Below are positions 48,263-60,830 of a DNA stretch of 64,000 nt, piece by piece. The DNA is from Azolla caroliniana. Its lineage: Eukaryota > Plantae > Polypodiophyta. Position 1 is the stretch's first letter. Every line of letters starts with the position of its first letter. The DNA is taken from contig JBHGNT010000016.1 of assembly GCA_043228905.1 (NCBI GenBank), forward strand, positions 7,936,001-8,000,000, given 5' to 3'. The translations under genes were made by a program, and so were the position numbers. The notes under the pieces were generated by a model. It worked only from the letters and a program-made list of their open reading frames with translations, did no database searches and was not told where the DNA came from.

Positions 48263-49620
48263 GTTAATTTCGATTCCTTCTGCTTATTCTCTTTTATTGA
48301 CTAATCTTTCCTTTTTCTCATTATCCTATTGACTAATCTTTCCTTCTTGGAGTTTGTGCAAAAGAGCTTTGTGTACCACTGATCTACACGCATTATCATC
48401 CATCATCAACAAAAGAAACGCGCATAGTTCTCCCTATCACCAAGTTCTCGTGTTAGCGCAATGAAGAAGTGTGCTGATAATAAAACTGAATCGTCTCTTG
48501 TTCCTATACAGAAGCTAGCTTTCTATCTATGCGAGAATCTGAGCAGTGATGAAGCACACATCCATCTCTTCCAAATCTAAAATGATGATGCTTTGATGTG
48601 ATTGTAAGAAAATTTTCATCCTATCAAGCCATTGTTATTGATTGATGGCAGTCTCAATTTTAGATAAATTGGGCTGAAATACAAAAAAGCAAGATCATGT
48701 TTCTCAAGAAATTTGCATTGTGAGAGTGCAAAATACAAACCAGATCTTTCAAATATAGATTAAATAGAATTCAGGTGGGGATACCAAATAGTGGATTGGA
48801 AGTGTTACATAGGTGCCCATGTTATGAAGCAAAGGATTTTATACAGGATTTCAGGAGATATTGGGAGCCATAGGGTTGTTTTAAGGAGGTGTGATTGGTT
48901 TAAGGAGAATCGCCAGTGGCACATAAAAGTATAGCTAGCTAATAAGCTGTATCTTATCCAACCAACAATTGGCAAACGATCATCAAACAGAAAAAGTTAT
49001 ACCCAGTTCAGAGAATCAGAAAAATACACCAACATCATCTAAAAAATAGAAAGAAAAAAGATTTCTTAAGCAATGATGGAAACCAGGCAGCTAAACTGCA
49101 TGACTTGAAACTGAATCACATCAAGAAGCTTACAGAACTCGACCAGCCTCATCATTTTCAAGAGCTGTAATTAAAAGTTTTCTTACTTCTTCAACCATTG
49201 ATGTTTATAGTCATACATATGAATAATCATCTATGGAAATTATGTTCAGGAAACTCATAGAGCATAGTTGATGGAAACAAGAGAGATACATAATATTCAA
49301 ATCACATAATCCATATCCAAATCACATTATCCATATAAAACACCCCAATGACTGAATAACAGAGTTAGGAAAGCTTAATGGAAGGTAGAATCTATATAAA
49401 TAAAGTTGAAACTACAAATGCGAAATATTGAGAGAGATCGCCAAGTCCGCAAAAAACTCGCTCAAGTCTCAAAAAGAAAAATAAGTACTAAAACTACCTC
49501 ACCAAAAATCCCAAATTGGAAAATCCAATCAAAGACATTTTATGGAAAATATGAAGTTTAAAGGCACCCTTGCATTCTCATTCATAGACGGATAGATAAA
49601 CAAAGCTGGTTGGATTTCCC

Positions 49621-52600
49621 TCAGATAAGATCGGCAACATTGCTCGGAAGCTCTTCAATGACAACATTATAGAACCTCTGAATGTCTTGCAACGTCCTCT
49701 CATCTTCTTTGGTCACAAAGTTGATTGCCACACCTTTCCTACCAAACCTTCCACCGCGACCAATGCGATGCAAGTAATTCTCAGGTTGAGTGGGCAAATC
49801 ATAGTTAATAACAAGAGACACTTGTTGGACATCAATTCCACGTGCCAAAAGATCAGTGGTAATCAAGACCCGTGAAGATCCAGATCGGAATTCTCTCATG
49901 ATGATATCTCTAGTGTTTTGATCCATGTCACCATGTGTGGCTGAAACTGTATGGTCTTTTGCCCTCATCTTGTCAGTGAGCCAATCCACTTTTCTTCTTG
50001 TGTTCACAAAAATGACACTTTGTGTGATCGCAAGCGTCTCATATAAATCACAAAGAGTGTCAAGCTTCCATTCTTCCTTATCCACATCCACATAGAATTG
50101 CTTGATACCTTCTAAGGTCAACTCATCACGCTTCACGAGAATCCTCACTGGCTTGTTCATGAATTTCCTTGTGATTTCAAGTGCCTCGGGAGGCATTGTT
50201 GCAGAGAACACTCCCACTTGCAAATTCTGGGGAAGTAGCTGAAAAATATCATAGATCTGTTGCAAAAATGTAATAATGGAATCAGAACAAATCAGAGACT
50301 AAACTGAATAGGCATAGATACCAAAGCACAGCAAAAAAGCATCACCTTAACATAGATTCATAGCATACAAAACCATTATAACATAGATAGCAAAAACAAT
50401 ACCATAACACAGAAGTAGAAACAGCATATGGTCATAGACTATAGTATAGATAGAATTGATCATATCATCACATTGATAGTAGATATAATAAATAACATCA
50501 CCACTACATTCACAGAGAGTATAGATAATAAAATCATCACATAGATAAAATAGATTTCATAGCTACAAATGTATACCATACCATAAATAGCACTGATAAA
50601 ATTATAGTAAAGTATACCATAAATATAGTGACAATAAATATTTATCCCATACAATAAATTACAATAGCATAGATACCAAAGTCACATTATATAGGTACAA
50701 ATAGCATAACAAAATAGATAGCATTGATAACAATTTATCATATATGACATTGAACCCGTGTCATAACATAGATAGAATCACAAGATCAATAATATAGGAA
50801 TAGACAACAGCATTACAACATTGAGAATAACATCATACCATAGATGAGCTCGTAACATAGGTAGCATAAGAAGCTGATTCTACTTTCATTTTATTCCGAA
50901 TTTTACCTGATCCTTGAACCCACGAGAAAGCATCTCATCAGCTTCATCAAGAACAAACATCTTGATGTAATCGGGACGAAGAGAACCACGACGAAGCATA
51001 TCATAAACACGTCCAGGAGTTCCCACGACCACATGGACACCACTTTGAAGGATCCGGATATCCTCTCGTACACTTGTACCCCCAACACAAGCATGCACTT
51101 TAACTTGCAAATAATCACCAAGAGCCCTCATCACCTTCTCTATCTGTTGTGCTAACTCTCTTGTCGGTGCCAATACAAGTGCCTGGCAGTCGAACAAGTT
51201 GTAATCAAGACGTTGCAAGATTCCTGAACAAAATGTTGCAGTTTTTCCTGTTCCGGATTGAGCTTGTTGAATGACATCTAACCCCTTGGCAAAAGGAACG
51301 ATCCCCTTTTGTTGAATGGCTGAGGGCTTTTCAAAACCTAAAACAAAAATTGCATTCTTTGTTACCCATTTCTAAGGCAATCATGTTTTGATTTTAAATC
51401 CTATGATTAAAATCAGGTGTATGGAGAAAAATCACTAATAAGAAACACTTCAAGTGTCTAATCACTACTGCTCTATGTTGTTCAAAAATAGAGAGTCTGA
51501 ATGAAATAGGAGTCTTACCATAAGCATAAATTCCTCTCAGAAGGTTTTCGTGTAGACCCATTCCATCGAAACTCTCGTAAGCCTCATCCCAAGTTGAGAT
51601 TACCTCATCACCACCTTCGAGACTGATCGAAGGACAAAAGGTACATATTAGAAACAGCTCAAAGACGTGCATGTCAGATTATATTGATTTATTGTGTGAA
51701 TAGTTAGAATGGATTTTAATGCATTTATCAATGATTACTTCCACAATTAAATCCTAAACCTAAACACTCTTTAGCAAACATAAAAGTTCAAACCTGCACT
51801 GCAACTTACTGATGGAAGCAAACCACAAATCAAAACATAATTCAGCTAAGTTTCCACCATTTGAGAAACCTTACATAAACCAAACAATATGTCTTTTAAG
51901 ATTTTAATCTGGCTAAGACTTCATTTCAAATCCAGGAAGATAGATTGCTCCTGAACAAGGAATCCACCATCCTGTTCGCCCCAAAAACTGGGAGCCCTTC
52001 TGGCATTTCTTTATCAACAGTTAACAGAAGAGTATACAATATTATAGATCGAAAACCCTAAAAAAGATAGGTTAACCTGTAGGACGTCAGAAGTACTCTC
52101 CACTTAGAATAATAGAAAACTCTAAATAGATATTCATGCACACTAAAGCCGAATTTGAATAAGAAATATATTTCTCCTGATGCCAAGAGTCATCTCTACA
52201 AATAAACCAATGGCCCACTTAGTTATTCCCTCACTCATAGGCCCTAGCCTAAAGTGACTTTATTTCGTCAGGAACATCTTGCGATTGAATGCACATACCT
52301 CGACGCACATAACCCAATGCAAATAGGACCTGACCATATGCATATAGATCAGAAGGCAGTTATTGCCTCCTCCAGTCCAGGGCCATTGTGTACTCAGTGA
52401 TTTCACATTGTCCATGCAATGTCATCTTGCCAAATTTCAGGAATTGTGAAGGATCAAACCAAACATTGAAATAGATATAAATATAACAGAAATAACAATC
52501 TCAGAGGGACACACCCTTCTTGACCAAAAGCAAGAAGCCCCAATTAGATGCGTAGAGTACATGCTAACAGGCGATGTTGAATACTAGTCTGTAACCCACA

Positions 52601-53919
52601 CTATTTAAGTCAATGCATGATCTGTTATCAAGCATACAGCTGCTTTGGTAAATCCATGATTTGTTATCAAGCACACGGCCACTTCTGTTATCTCTAGTAT
52701 GTGCCATATGCTATGTTCAAGATTTGAAAAATAACACTGAGCAATAGGATAGACAAACCACATGTATTTGTGGTGTAACATGCTATTTTTATCAAATAAG
52801 TCAATGAAGTCTTTTTAGCAGATACTATGTAACACCTATACCAATTAATCTTTATAGAATTGATTCTGTGGAGGAAAACCAAATAGATGACCCCCCCTCC
52901 ACGAAGATCTGAACTAGGCTTTACATGTGAAAAAAGAAGTGCAAAAGTTAGCTCCGTCTGTTCAAGCGTGGTTATCTGTAATATGAACATGAAATCATAT
53001 CTTTCATTCATGGATTTAAAAATATTTAAATTAAGAAAAAAACCGACAAAAACACAAGAGTACCCATCTAGGACTAGTCCAATATCGCATGAAACCAAAG
53101 AATATGCAAATTGTTACATAATAACATCACAGCTACGAAGGTTATAACAAGATCAAATACAAATGGCTTAAAGTTTGAATCCCATTTTGAGTTTTAAATG
53201 AATGAAGCCTAATGCTGCCTAAAATGCTACCGAAAGTGAAATTAAAAAAGAAAAGACCATACCTACATATTTACTTACTGTGTTAAAAGTGTAAGAGGTC
53301 CCTGCTCCTTGTGGGAACTTACCCTGTGACCTTCAATACATATTTAAAACAGACGTGCGACTGGAGATTGAGATCTTCAACAGAAGAAATAGCTATGATG
53401 CATTGGATCTCCGCTTACTGGGAGAAAATTACTTGCAAATTACAATAAAAACATCATGGCAAGAAAGATCATATGGAAATTGTGATTCTACATAATCGAG
53501 CTCAAAAAACTAAAAGAAGACAGATTTGAGGTTGAAATGAAGATGGCAACATCAGTCCGAAATCTGCAGTTAGGGTTAAGGTTACAAAAAATACAGCACA
53601 AAGGAGAATATCAGTTTTTGGAAGGGTCTGAACCTACCGAAAGTCCTCGGTTTCTCTGAGTTTGTCTTTTAAGGTTGGGGATACAGAAATAAACATTAAG
53701 ACATATAGCAAAACATCAGATCTGGAAAGTATGAGGAATTCTGCGGGTGTGTGTGTGTGTGTGTGTGTGCGTGTATGTGTGTGAGCTACGAAAATCAACC
53801 AGCAGAACGCAAAAAGAAAAGGAGCAGAGAGAGAGAGAGAGAGAAAGAGAGATATTTACTGACATTTGGTCCATCTTGGCATCGTAAGCTTGGGGGTCGT
53901 ATCCTTCAGTTCCTGCCAT
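49621..53919 (-). CDS. EIF4A: Eukaryotic translation initiation factor 4A (DEAD-box RNA helicase), 4 exons, ~408 aa
   Basis: Exons 53919-53864, 51622-51519, 51337-50907, 50256-49621 (1227 nt). Motifs [45 protein letters not shown]. Confidence 0.97.
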
Positions 53920-54189
53920 GATTTCTGCTTCTTCTTCTTCTTCTTCTTCAGCTTCTTCCTTCCTGAGAGACACAGACACAGACAGAGACAGAGGGGGGGG
54001 GGAATATATGTGAAGAGGCAGAATGAATGGTAGAGAAAAGAGAGAAAGAGAGAGGGGATCTGAGTTGGCAGGCACAGAGAGACAGAGAGACAGACAGAGA
54101 GACAGAGAGATAGGGAATGGTAGAAAGAAAGAAAGAAAGAAGGAATGTAGAGATAAAAGACAAAGACAGAGAGAGGAGATAAGCAAGCT

Positions 54190-54197
54190 TAGGGTTT
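54190..54197 (-). promoter_or_regulatory. Telo-box (AAACCCTA) upstream of eIF4A
   Basis: Exact motif ~270 bp upstream of the ATG; telo-boxes are typical of plant translation-machinery genes. Confidence 0.55.
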
Positions 54198-54432
54198 CGC
54201 TCTCTGCGCTTTTGCGTTTTGCGTTTTGAGTTCAATGAAGTGTCTATTCTCTTGAATTTGGGTTAGGAGTGTCTAATGACACTCTCCTAATACTCCCTCT
54301 CTCTCTTCTTCTTTCTTCAGCATTTTATCGTAATTAGCTTACCCTAATGTCTTGGGTTCGAAACCTCAATTTTCTTACCTCTCTGTAATGTTACTCCATA
54401 CATATCATCCTCTTAATCTATCGGGTGCCCAT

Positions 54433-54506
54433 TGTGGAATGTAGGGGGTTGAACCCATGACCTCCTAGTCTCCATTGGGCACCCTTACCAACTGAGCTAC
54501 GTCCAT
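54433..54506 (-). pseudogene. tRNA-derived sequence (pseudo-tRNA, SINE head or LTR cassette)
   Basis: A-box TAGCTCAGTTGG (54499-54488) and B-box GGTTCAACCCC (54455-54445) at tRNA spacing; anticodon and acceptor stems degenerate. Confidence 0.7.
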
Positions 54507-57500
54507 CTGGGCTCTCTTTCTCTCTCATGAGTGAACTGAGCAAGTAAATAGAGTTGAGCGCACACATGCCAGGCGCACTCCATCGGTGGACACTTCCGCA
54601 TCGTAATTGAATCCACGCTCAACAACCCATGAACCTCACTGTGAACTAACTTTATATAACCCCTTCAATAAGATGGGCTTCCTAGCAACGTTAACGTATT
54701 TGTCAACTTGCATAAGCTCTCGATCTGGGATGAGCAAGCCACTCCCCAACCAACTATCTTTGCTTCTATTGTAACATGGTTAGGCACATTGTTTCCTTTT
54801 TACCGATGGAGGGAGGGAAGGGAGGTTGGCCACAAGTGGTGATTGTGGACATAGTAAATACATTAGCCAACCACAACTCCCACCTATAATGGAAGCTTTG
54901 CATTTGAATGTCATTCATCAACACCATTGTGGAGTGCTAAGGTCTGGAAATAACTCTTGCTCCAATCTTCCCGACCCTTGACAAGTTGACAAAGTATAGT
55001 TCGAGACTACTCAAGGGGTACATTTTGTTGGAGATTACTAGAACATGCTACAACAATGTGGGCTACATTTTCTTGGCATAATGATATGGCAATGTTTTGT
55101 CACATGTAGATGCCAAGATTTAGAAGCACGCAACCAACTAGTCGTGTGTGGTGTGTGTTAGAGAGAGAGAACGTGTAGTTCATTACTCTCGTCACTTGTG
55201 CCCCAACTCCCTACCTCATACCATAGTGAGCATGAGTTAAGTCTCATGTAAGCAATAGTTTGGATGGCAAACAACAAGATTGACTTTGACATGCATTGAT
55301 GTGTGTTGTTTCCCCATTCGACGAAGAACATGATTTTGTAGTTGAGTGTTGTCATGATATAGCATGGTATGGCTTCAAATGGATCTTGAAGATGTTGAAC
55401 ATGATCTTGCAAGGTATGGCTATATATCAAAATATCATCCAAGAGGACGACAACAAACTCACCAAGTTGATCTCGGAAAATGTCATTCATCACTTGTTGG
55501 AATGTGGCTAGAGCATTAGTCAACTTGAAAGGCATGACTAAAAACTCATAATGGCCATAGCACATACGAAAAGCGGTTTTAGGAATATCATCCTTGGGAA
55601 TGCGAATCTAATGATAACATGTTCGTAAGTCAATTTTCGTAAAATATCGGGCCCCATGCAAACGATAAATCAAATCATCGGCACGAGGTAACATATATGC
55701 ATTTTTTATTGTCATTTTATTCAAACGGCGATAATTGATACACATTCGCCATGAACCTTCCTTCTTCTTAACTAATAGAACTGGCCCATACTCAAGTATT
55801 CCTTAACTTGTTTAGCGATCTCATCCTCTTCTAATCGACTAAGTTGGTAAGGTGGAATGCTCACAGGAGCAACACCGGGGATGAGTTCGATTTGATGGTC
55901 CACATTATGTTTTGGTGTTAAAGTAAGCGGCAAGTCGTTAGGAAACACGTCTTGAAAATCGTCTAACATAGAGTCGAGTAATCGTTGTTCATAATGCGGT
56001 AATTGTGTGGCGTCAATATTAAAATAATAAAATTGAAGCCTAGGATCAATTACACACAAATAAATTAATGAACTAGAATACTCACTTAAAGATTTAGAAG
56101 ACACAAGTGAACGAGAAGGAAGTTTGGAACATTGAATAAAATGTTTACAATTATTAAGTTCAAATGTGATTGAGTGATTAACCCAGTCAATGGACAAAGA
56201 AGGGTTTTTATTAAAAACCAAGGGTATCCTAAAATGACATATGCGGATTATAGTTTCATAACATGAAAGTCTAGCTTCTCTAAATAGGTATTTATTTGAA
56301 TTGGCAGTTGACAAACAATGCCACTGATGTATTGAACGCTTCCATTTGCCATGTGAACTTAATAATATGATCACTTGCGTTTATGTGGGATTCCATTTGC
56401 TGCACAAAGTGATCATTAAGAAAATTCTGAGAACTACTAGAATCAAACAAGAAATGTGCGTGTGTTCCATTGATATACTCGACCGCTCGGAGTAAATCAT
56501 TAGGTCCAAGTAAATGTGACAGAAAAGTGCATTCACATGAACTTAAGTGGTTGGTATGAACTTCAACAACATCAAAAGACTCACCTGTGTGACTCGTAGA
56601 TTTGTCTCAAGGAGGGGTGTTCATTGACTTCCTCTCAAGACGACGACAAGTATCCTTTGTGTGGCCCCGCTTCTTGCAATATGCATAGAAGAGGTTCGGT
56701 TTCTTGGAGTCGCAGTCAAGAGTGTCATTGGATTGCTTACGTTTCCCAATGAACTTGACATTCGGAGTTTTGGCAAACTCAGGTTTATTGTGGTCTTTCT
56801 TGGAAGTCCTATGGTACCGAAGTACAATGTTGACGGCTTCCTCAAAAGTTGTCGGGTTCTTGTCATGGACAATCCAATGGTAATCCCCATTGGGAATACC
56901 ATTCAAAAAGCAAGCAACAAACCATTTCTCACCCGTAAGTCCCAATTTTTGGACCTGGGTCCGAGCATGATGCACGTAATCCTCAAGAGAGGTAAATGGC
57001 TTACTCGACAACGTGAGCAAGTGTTGTGTTTGTTCAGTTTGAGAAGGTGGCTGCAAAAACTGTTTCTTAAAAACATCAACGAAACCTTGACAAATTGTGG
57101 GTAAGTTCTTTGTAGTCCTTAGGCCACGCCACCAAGCAGTAGCTCGCCCACCTAGCTCACAACCGACATAACCAATTTTTACAGCATCGGGCTTGGGGTG
57201 GAGCTCAAAGTGAGACTCCCAACAACCAAGCCAAGTGCTAATGGCCTCCTCGGTTCTTTCTTTCTTACCTCCCTTGAATGGCATTACTATGAAAGAAGGT
57301 TCACCTTCTTTCTTGGAGTCAATAGTCAATTCTTGGAATTTCTTTTCCAATGCCATATTGGCTTGCCTCATTTCGGCCAATTGATTCAAGGTAGTAGTGA
57401 GCAATTGCTCAATAGTGATCTCAGCTTGTGTGCGAGATGTGGATTGGAGTTGAGAGGTCTCGATCAAAGAGATTGCTCCAACAACGTTCAAAACTTATTC

Positions 57501-58489
57501 CATGATGCAAGTTGTGGGTATGCAATATAAATAAGGAGGTTCAGAAAATACACAAGCAAAATGAATGCTTGAAATTTTGATTGTAAGAACTTTACCAAGA
57601 AAGGATCTCACGTCTTTACCCCTCTAGACATATGAGATGTGATTCGAGATCCGATAACTATGGTAACACTATGGTGTTTTAAAAACCATGGGGGAAAACA
57701 TAGCTAAGATGTCTTTCTCGGATCTCTATCTTGAATAATCATGGTGGCTCCCCAAGGCTCAACCATGGTTCTAACATCAATGTAGTTTCCTAGTTAGCCT
57801 TATATTAGAATGTCAACCCAACATGTATTGATATGGTCGAGAAAGTGTATTACGTGAAAAAACAAGTGCACTCGCAAGTAATATTCTGGTCTTGTGAGTA
57901 GCAAGCAAATGTTATGAAAAAAAGAGAAAAAGAAGTCATTATCTATAAGAGTCAAGAAGTGACGAAAACAAGGTTCAAAAACCATGCGTTGTCTACTAAA
58001 CAAAAATACCACCAATAAATGGATTTGTGATGCATGCACCTATCCATCCCAATATGGTGGTTGTAATTTGCACAATTGTGACATAAGCCACAAATTGATA
58101 CAAGTGGTGGTGGTGTTATGAGTAAAACATCAATAGGGGAACTCATGTGGTTTTACTTGAGTTCTAAGGCTCGATCATATGAGTTAAACCTAAATGAGCC
58201 GTTGGAAAAAATCGTTCAAAAAATGGCATGATGCCCACTCAATACGAAAAAATAGTCTACATGGTAGTGTTACATCATAGGTAAACACACATAAATACTT
58301 TAAACACGACAAGGAAGGGGAAAATGAGAGTTAATTGTGGGTGGGTAAATGTCAATTACTAGAAAATCATACAAAAGTGAAATGAAAATTTGTGTAATTA
58401 GAAAATAATTAAAATAATAATCAATTAGGTGTATGGAACATTAAGCATACCTTAAGGTAAGAAACCCTAGGGTAATTGACAAGCACCTC

Positions 58490-58840
58490 CTCAAGACCAC
58501 CACATCCCATAGAATTGGCCAAGTGATAGCTCAATAGAGAGTAGAGTGGCATAGGTAGGCGACATACACCTTGTTAAGACCACAACATCCCATAGAAACA
58601 GCCAAGTGATGGCTCAATAAAGGGAAGGGTGTCATACTCAACATCATATGCAAAAGGGTCATGAGGTGAGCGTGTGCAATTAGGGCAAACACGCTCGACC
58701 CGATGCACAAGAATAATTATTACTGTAAGAGATGGCTCAAGACAAGGGAGAGTGGGAGATACATCGCAATATGCAAAAGGGCCATGAGTTGAACGTGTGT
58801 GATTAGTGCAAACACGCTCGGCCCGATGCACAATAATAAT
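58490..58840. repeat. Degenerate tandem repeats in the leader of element H
   Basis: AAGACCAC.ACATCCCATAGAA at ~58493 and ~58576; ~120-bp unit GATGGCTCAA...AAACACGCTCG.CCCGATGCACAA at ~58607 and ~58730. Confidence 0.75.
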
Positions 58841-59204
58841 TAAAATCGTAGTACGGTAGAAAGTAGAAAGAAAGAAAATAAAACGTAATACAAATTTGAT
58901 TCGACCAAGAAGAACACATCATAGAAAAGGAGAGAGAGATCAAGAAAGAAGAATATCGGGTTAAGAATGTTGTTTTGATCCCGTGAAGAACATGACGAGC
59001 CTTATTAGATCCTCATCGCTCACATGCAAAAAACATCAAAACAACAAAAAAATTGTTAGTAAATGCTCTGATACGACTGTTAAGAGTACGAAGAGTGACC
59101 ATGACGGTCTGCTTGGTCAGTTACTGGAAGCGGGACAACGAGTGTGTAGGATCGCGGAAGGAACCGCGTCATGTAGTTTGCATGTAGAACCTATATATTG
59201 TTCA

Positions 59205-59746
59205 TCACCATCAGAAAATAGAGGTAAACAGCCCCGTAGACCAATATGACCAACTGCTTCCACTACAGTTCCTGATAGGAGAGGATTTCCTGACGTTCTC
59301 AAGTGAACCAAGCTTGATAGTATGTTTTTCATCTTGTTAATTGGAATTGTTGGCATGCCAGTCATACATTGCGCCAGAATATATCCAATTGCACATACAA
59401 CATTGTGAGCTTCTTCAAACCTTGTCAAAAAGCCTTCTATTATCTCTCGTGTACTTGTATCAACATGTCCAACGAATTGTCTCAACCAACTTACTCTCCC
59501 AACATACATTTCTGCAAATTTCTTTGGTGACTGAGCAGCAACAACCAGGAGTCCATTTGATGCCTTAACATGTAAATCAACAATTCCATTTAAGACCATG
59601 GCATGTTCCAATAACAATAAAATACGTTGATCTAGGGATGATTTGTCGGACTCTTTGTAACATTTCAAAAGGAAAGTGATCATTGCTTCAACGGTCTTTG
59701 ATTCGAATAGAAGATCCTGCTCTCCCAGTCTTGGTTGAATAGTCAA
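59205..59746 (-). pseudogene. ECM29: Intronless fragment of proteasome adaptor ECM29
   Basis: LLFESKT..AMITFLLKC, LLLEHAM..G.VDLH..AS..L, RVSWLRQ..GHVD..TRE, RFE..H...CAIGY and AVGHIGL match my recollection of the plant ECM29 central HEAT region; no N- or C-terminus present. Confidence 0.75.
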
Positions 59747-59814
59747 GCCAGATTGTTATTTCCAAACGAAGTTCAACAATGAAGTTCTTGTACAACTAAA
59801 AACGAAATAAATGT

Positions 59815-60830
59815 AGACTATTTCCTCCTCCCTCATGATCTGCTTCGGTCCCCACATCGTCATCACTCATCCTCTCATCATACTATTATGCTTCAATCCC
59901 TATCGCCACACCATGAACACACATCATAATGAGAAACCTAAAATCTTCTTCATTCAACATCCTGATGAGCCGACCATCTTGGCATCTTGCCAATGCCCAC
60001 GAAAATCTTGTATTAACAACAAAAAATTATTCTAAAAGTTTTCTCACCTACTCATGATAGTCAACTTCGACCCCCCACCATCTTCACTCATCCTTATCAC
60101 AGGAAAAATTTCTTCATTCAGTCCACATCAACCATCTCGCCGATTACCACCCAATTCCTATACAAATAACAAACAAAATGAGTCTAGAATATTTCCTCCT
60201 CTCCTCATGAACTGCTTCGGCCTCCACACCATCATCACTCACCCTCTCATCGTAGCAATATGCTTCAATATCTACCGTCATTATTACTCATCCTAATGAA
60301 CAACACAATATCTATATATAGCAATCTCCCAAACGATGTACCTATGACAACAAAATGATATTATAGTAACCTCATCCCACACACCATCTCGAGTCCTCCT
60401 TAACCGACTATCTCGCCATTAAGTTTAAAAACAGTTTCTAACGTACTCATAAAAATCTGCTTCAGCTCCCACACCATCATCACTCATCTCATGAAAATAT
60501 GCTTCAATTCCCACACCCCCATCTCTCATCGTAATGAAAAACAGACAATCAACTACCTCAAACAACGGCTCCTCAAGAAAATATGCTTCTCACTCATTCT
60601 TATCTCAAAAGAAAAAAAAAACTTTCTTCATTTAGTCTGCATCAAACATCTCACTGATTACCACCAAGGGCCTGTAAAAACAACAATTAAGTGTAAACAA
60701 TTTCCACATCTCCTCATGATATGCTTCAGTCGTCGCACCATCATCACTTATCCTCTCTTCATGGAAACATGCTTCAATCCCCACCGCCATCATCAATCAT
60801 CGTAATGAAAAATAAAACATGCTTCATTCA
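59815..60830. repeat. Degenerate C/A-rich tandem repeat array (about 4 units)
   Basis: CTCATGA..TGCTTC.G.C.CCACA.C.TCATCACTCA recurs at ~59833, ~60205, ~60447 and ~60714. Confidence 0.75.

Larger units (their letters stand above)
55380..59778 (-). mobile_element. Element H: truncated Ty3/Gypsy retrotransposon (Gag, protease, 5' RT) with putative 5' LTR 59078-59778
   Basis: Gag ORF 56607-57491 (CKKRGHTKDTC), FLFDS protease near 56440, [13 protein letters not shown]. Met-PBS-like TCGTATCAGAGC at 59076-59065 next to TGTTAAG at 59078. The outer LTR end is inferred; no second LTR seen. Confidence 0.75.

Noticed and set aside
50292-50471. Possible intronic C/D snoRNA in eIF4A (GTGATGA ... CTGA on minus)
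   Set aside because: The boxes are ~180 nt apart in low-complexity sequence, with no terminal stem or recognisable rRNA guide.
58490-60830. CRISPR-like repeat-spacer arrays
   Set aside because: The repeats are degenerate, long and irregular, in a eukaryotic intron-containing context with no cas genes.
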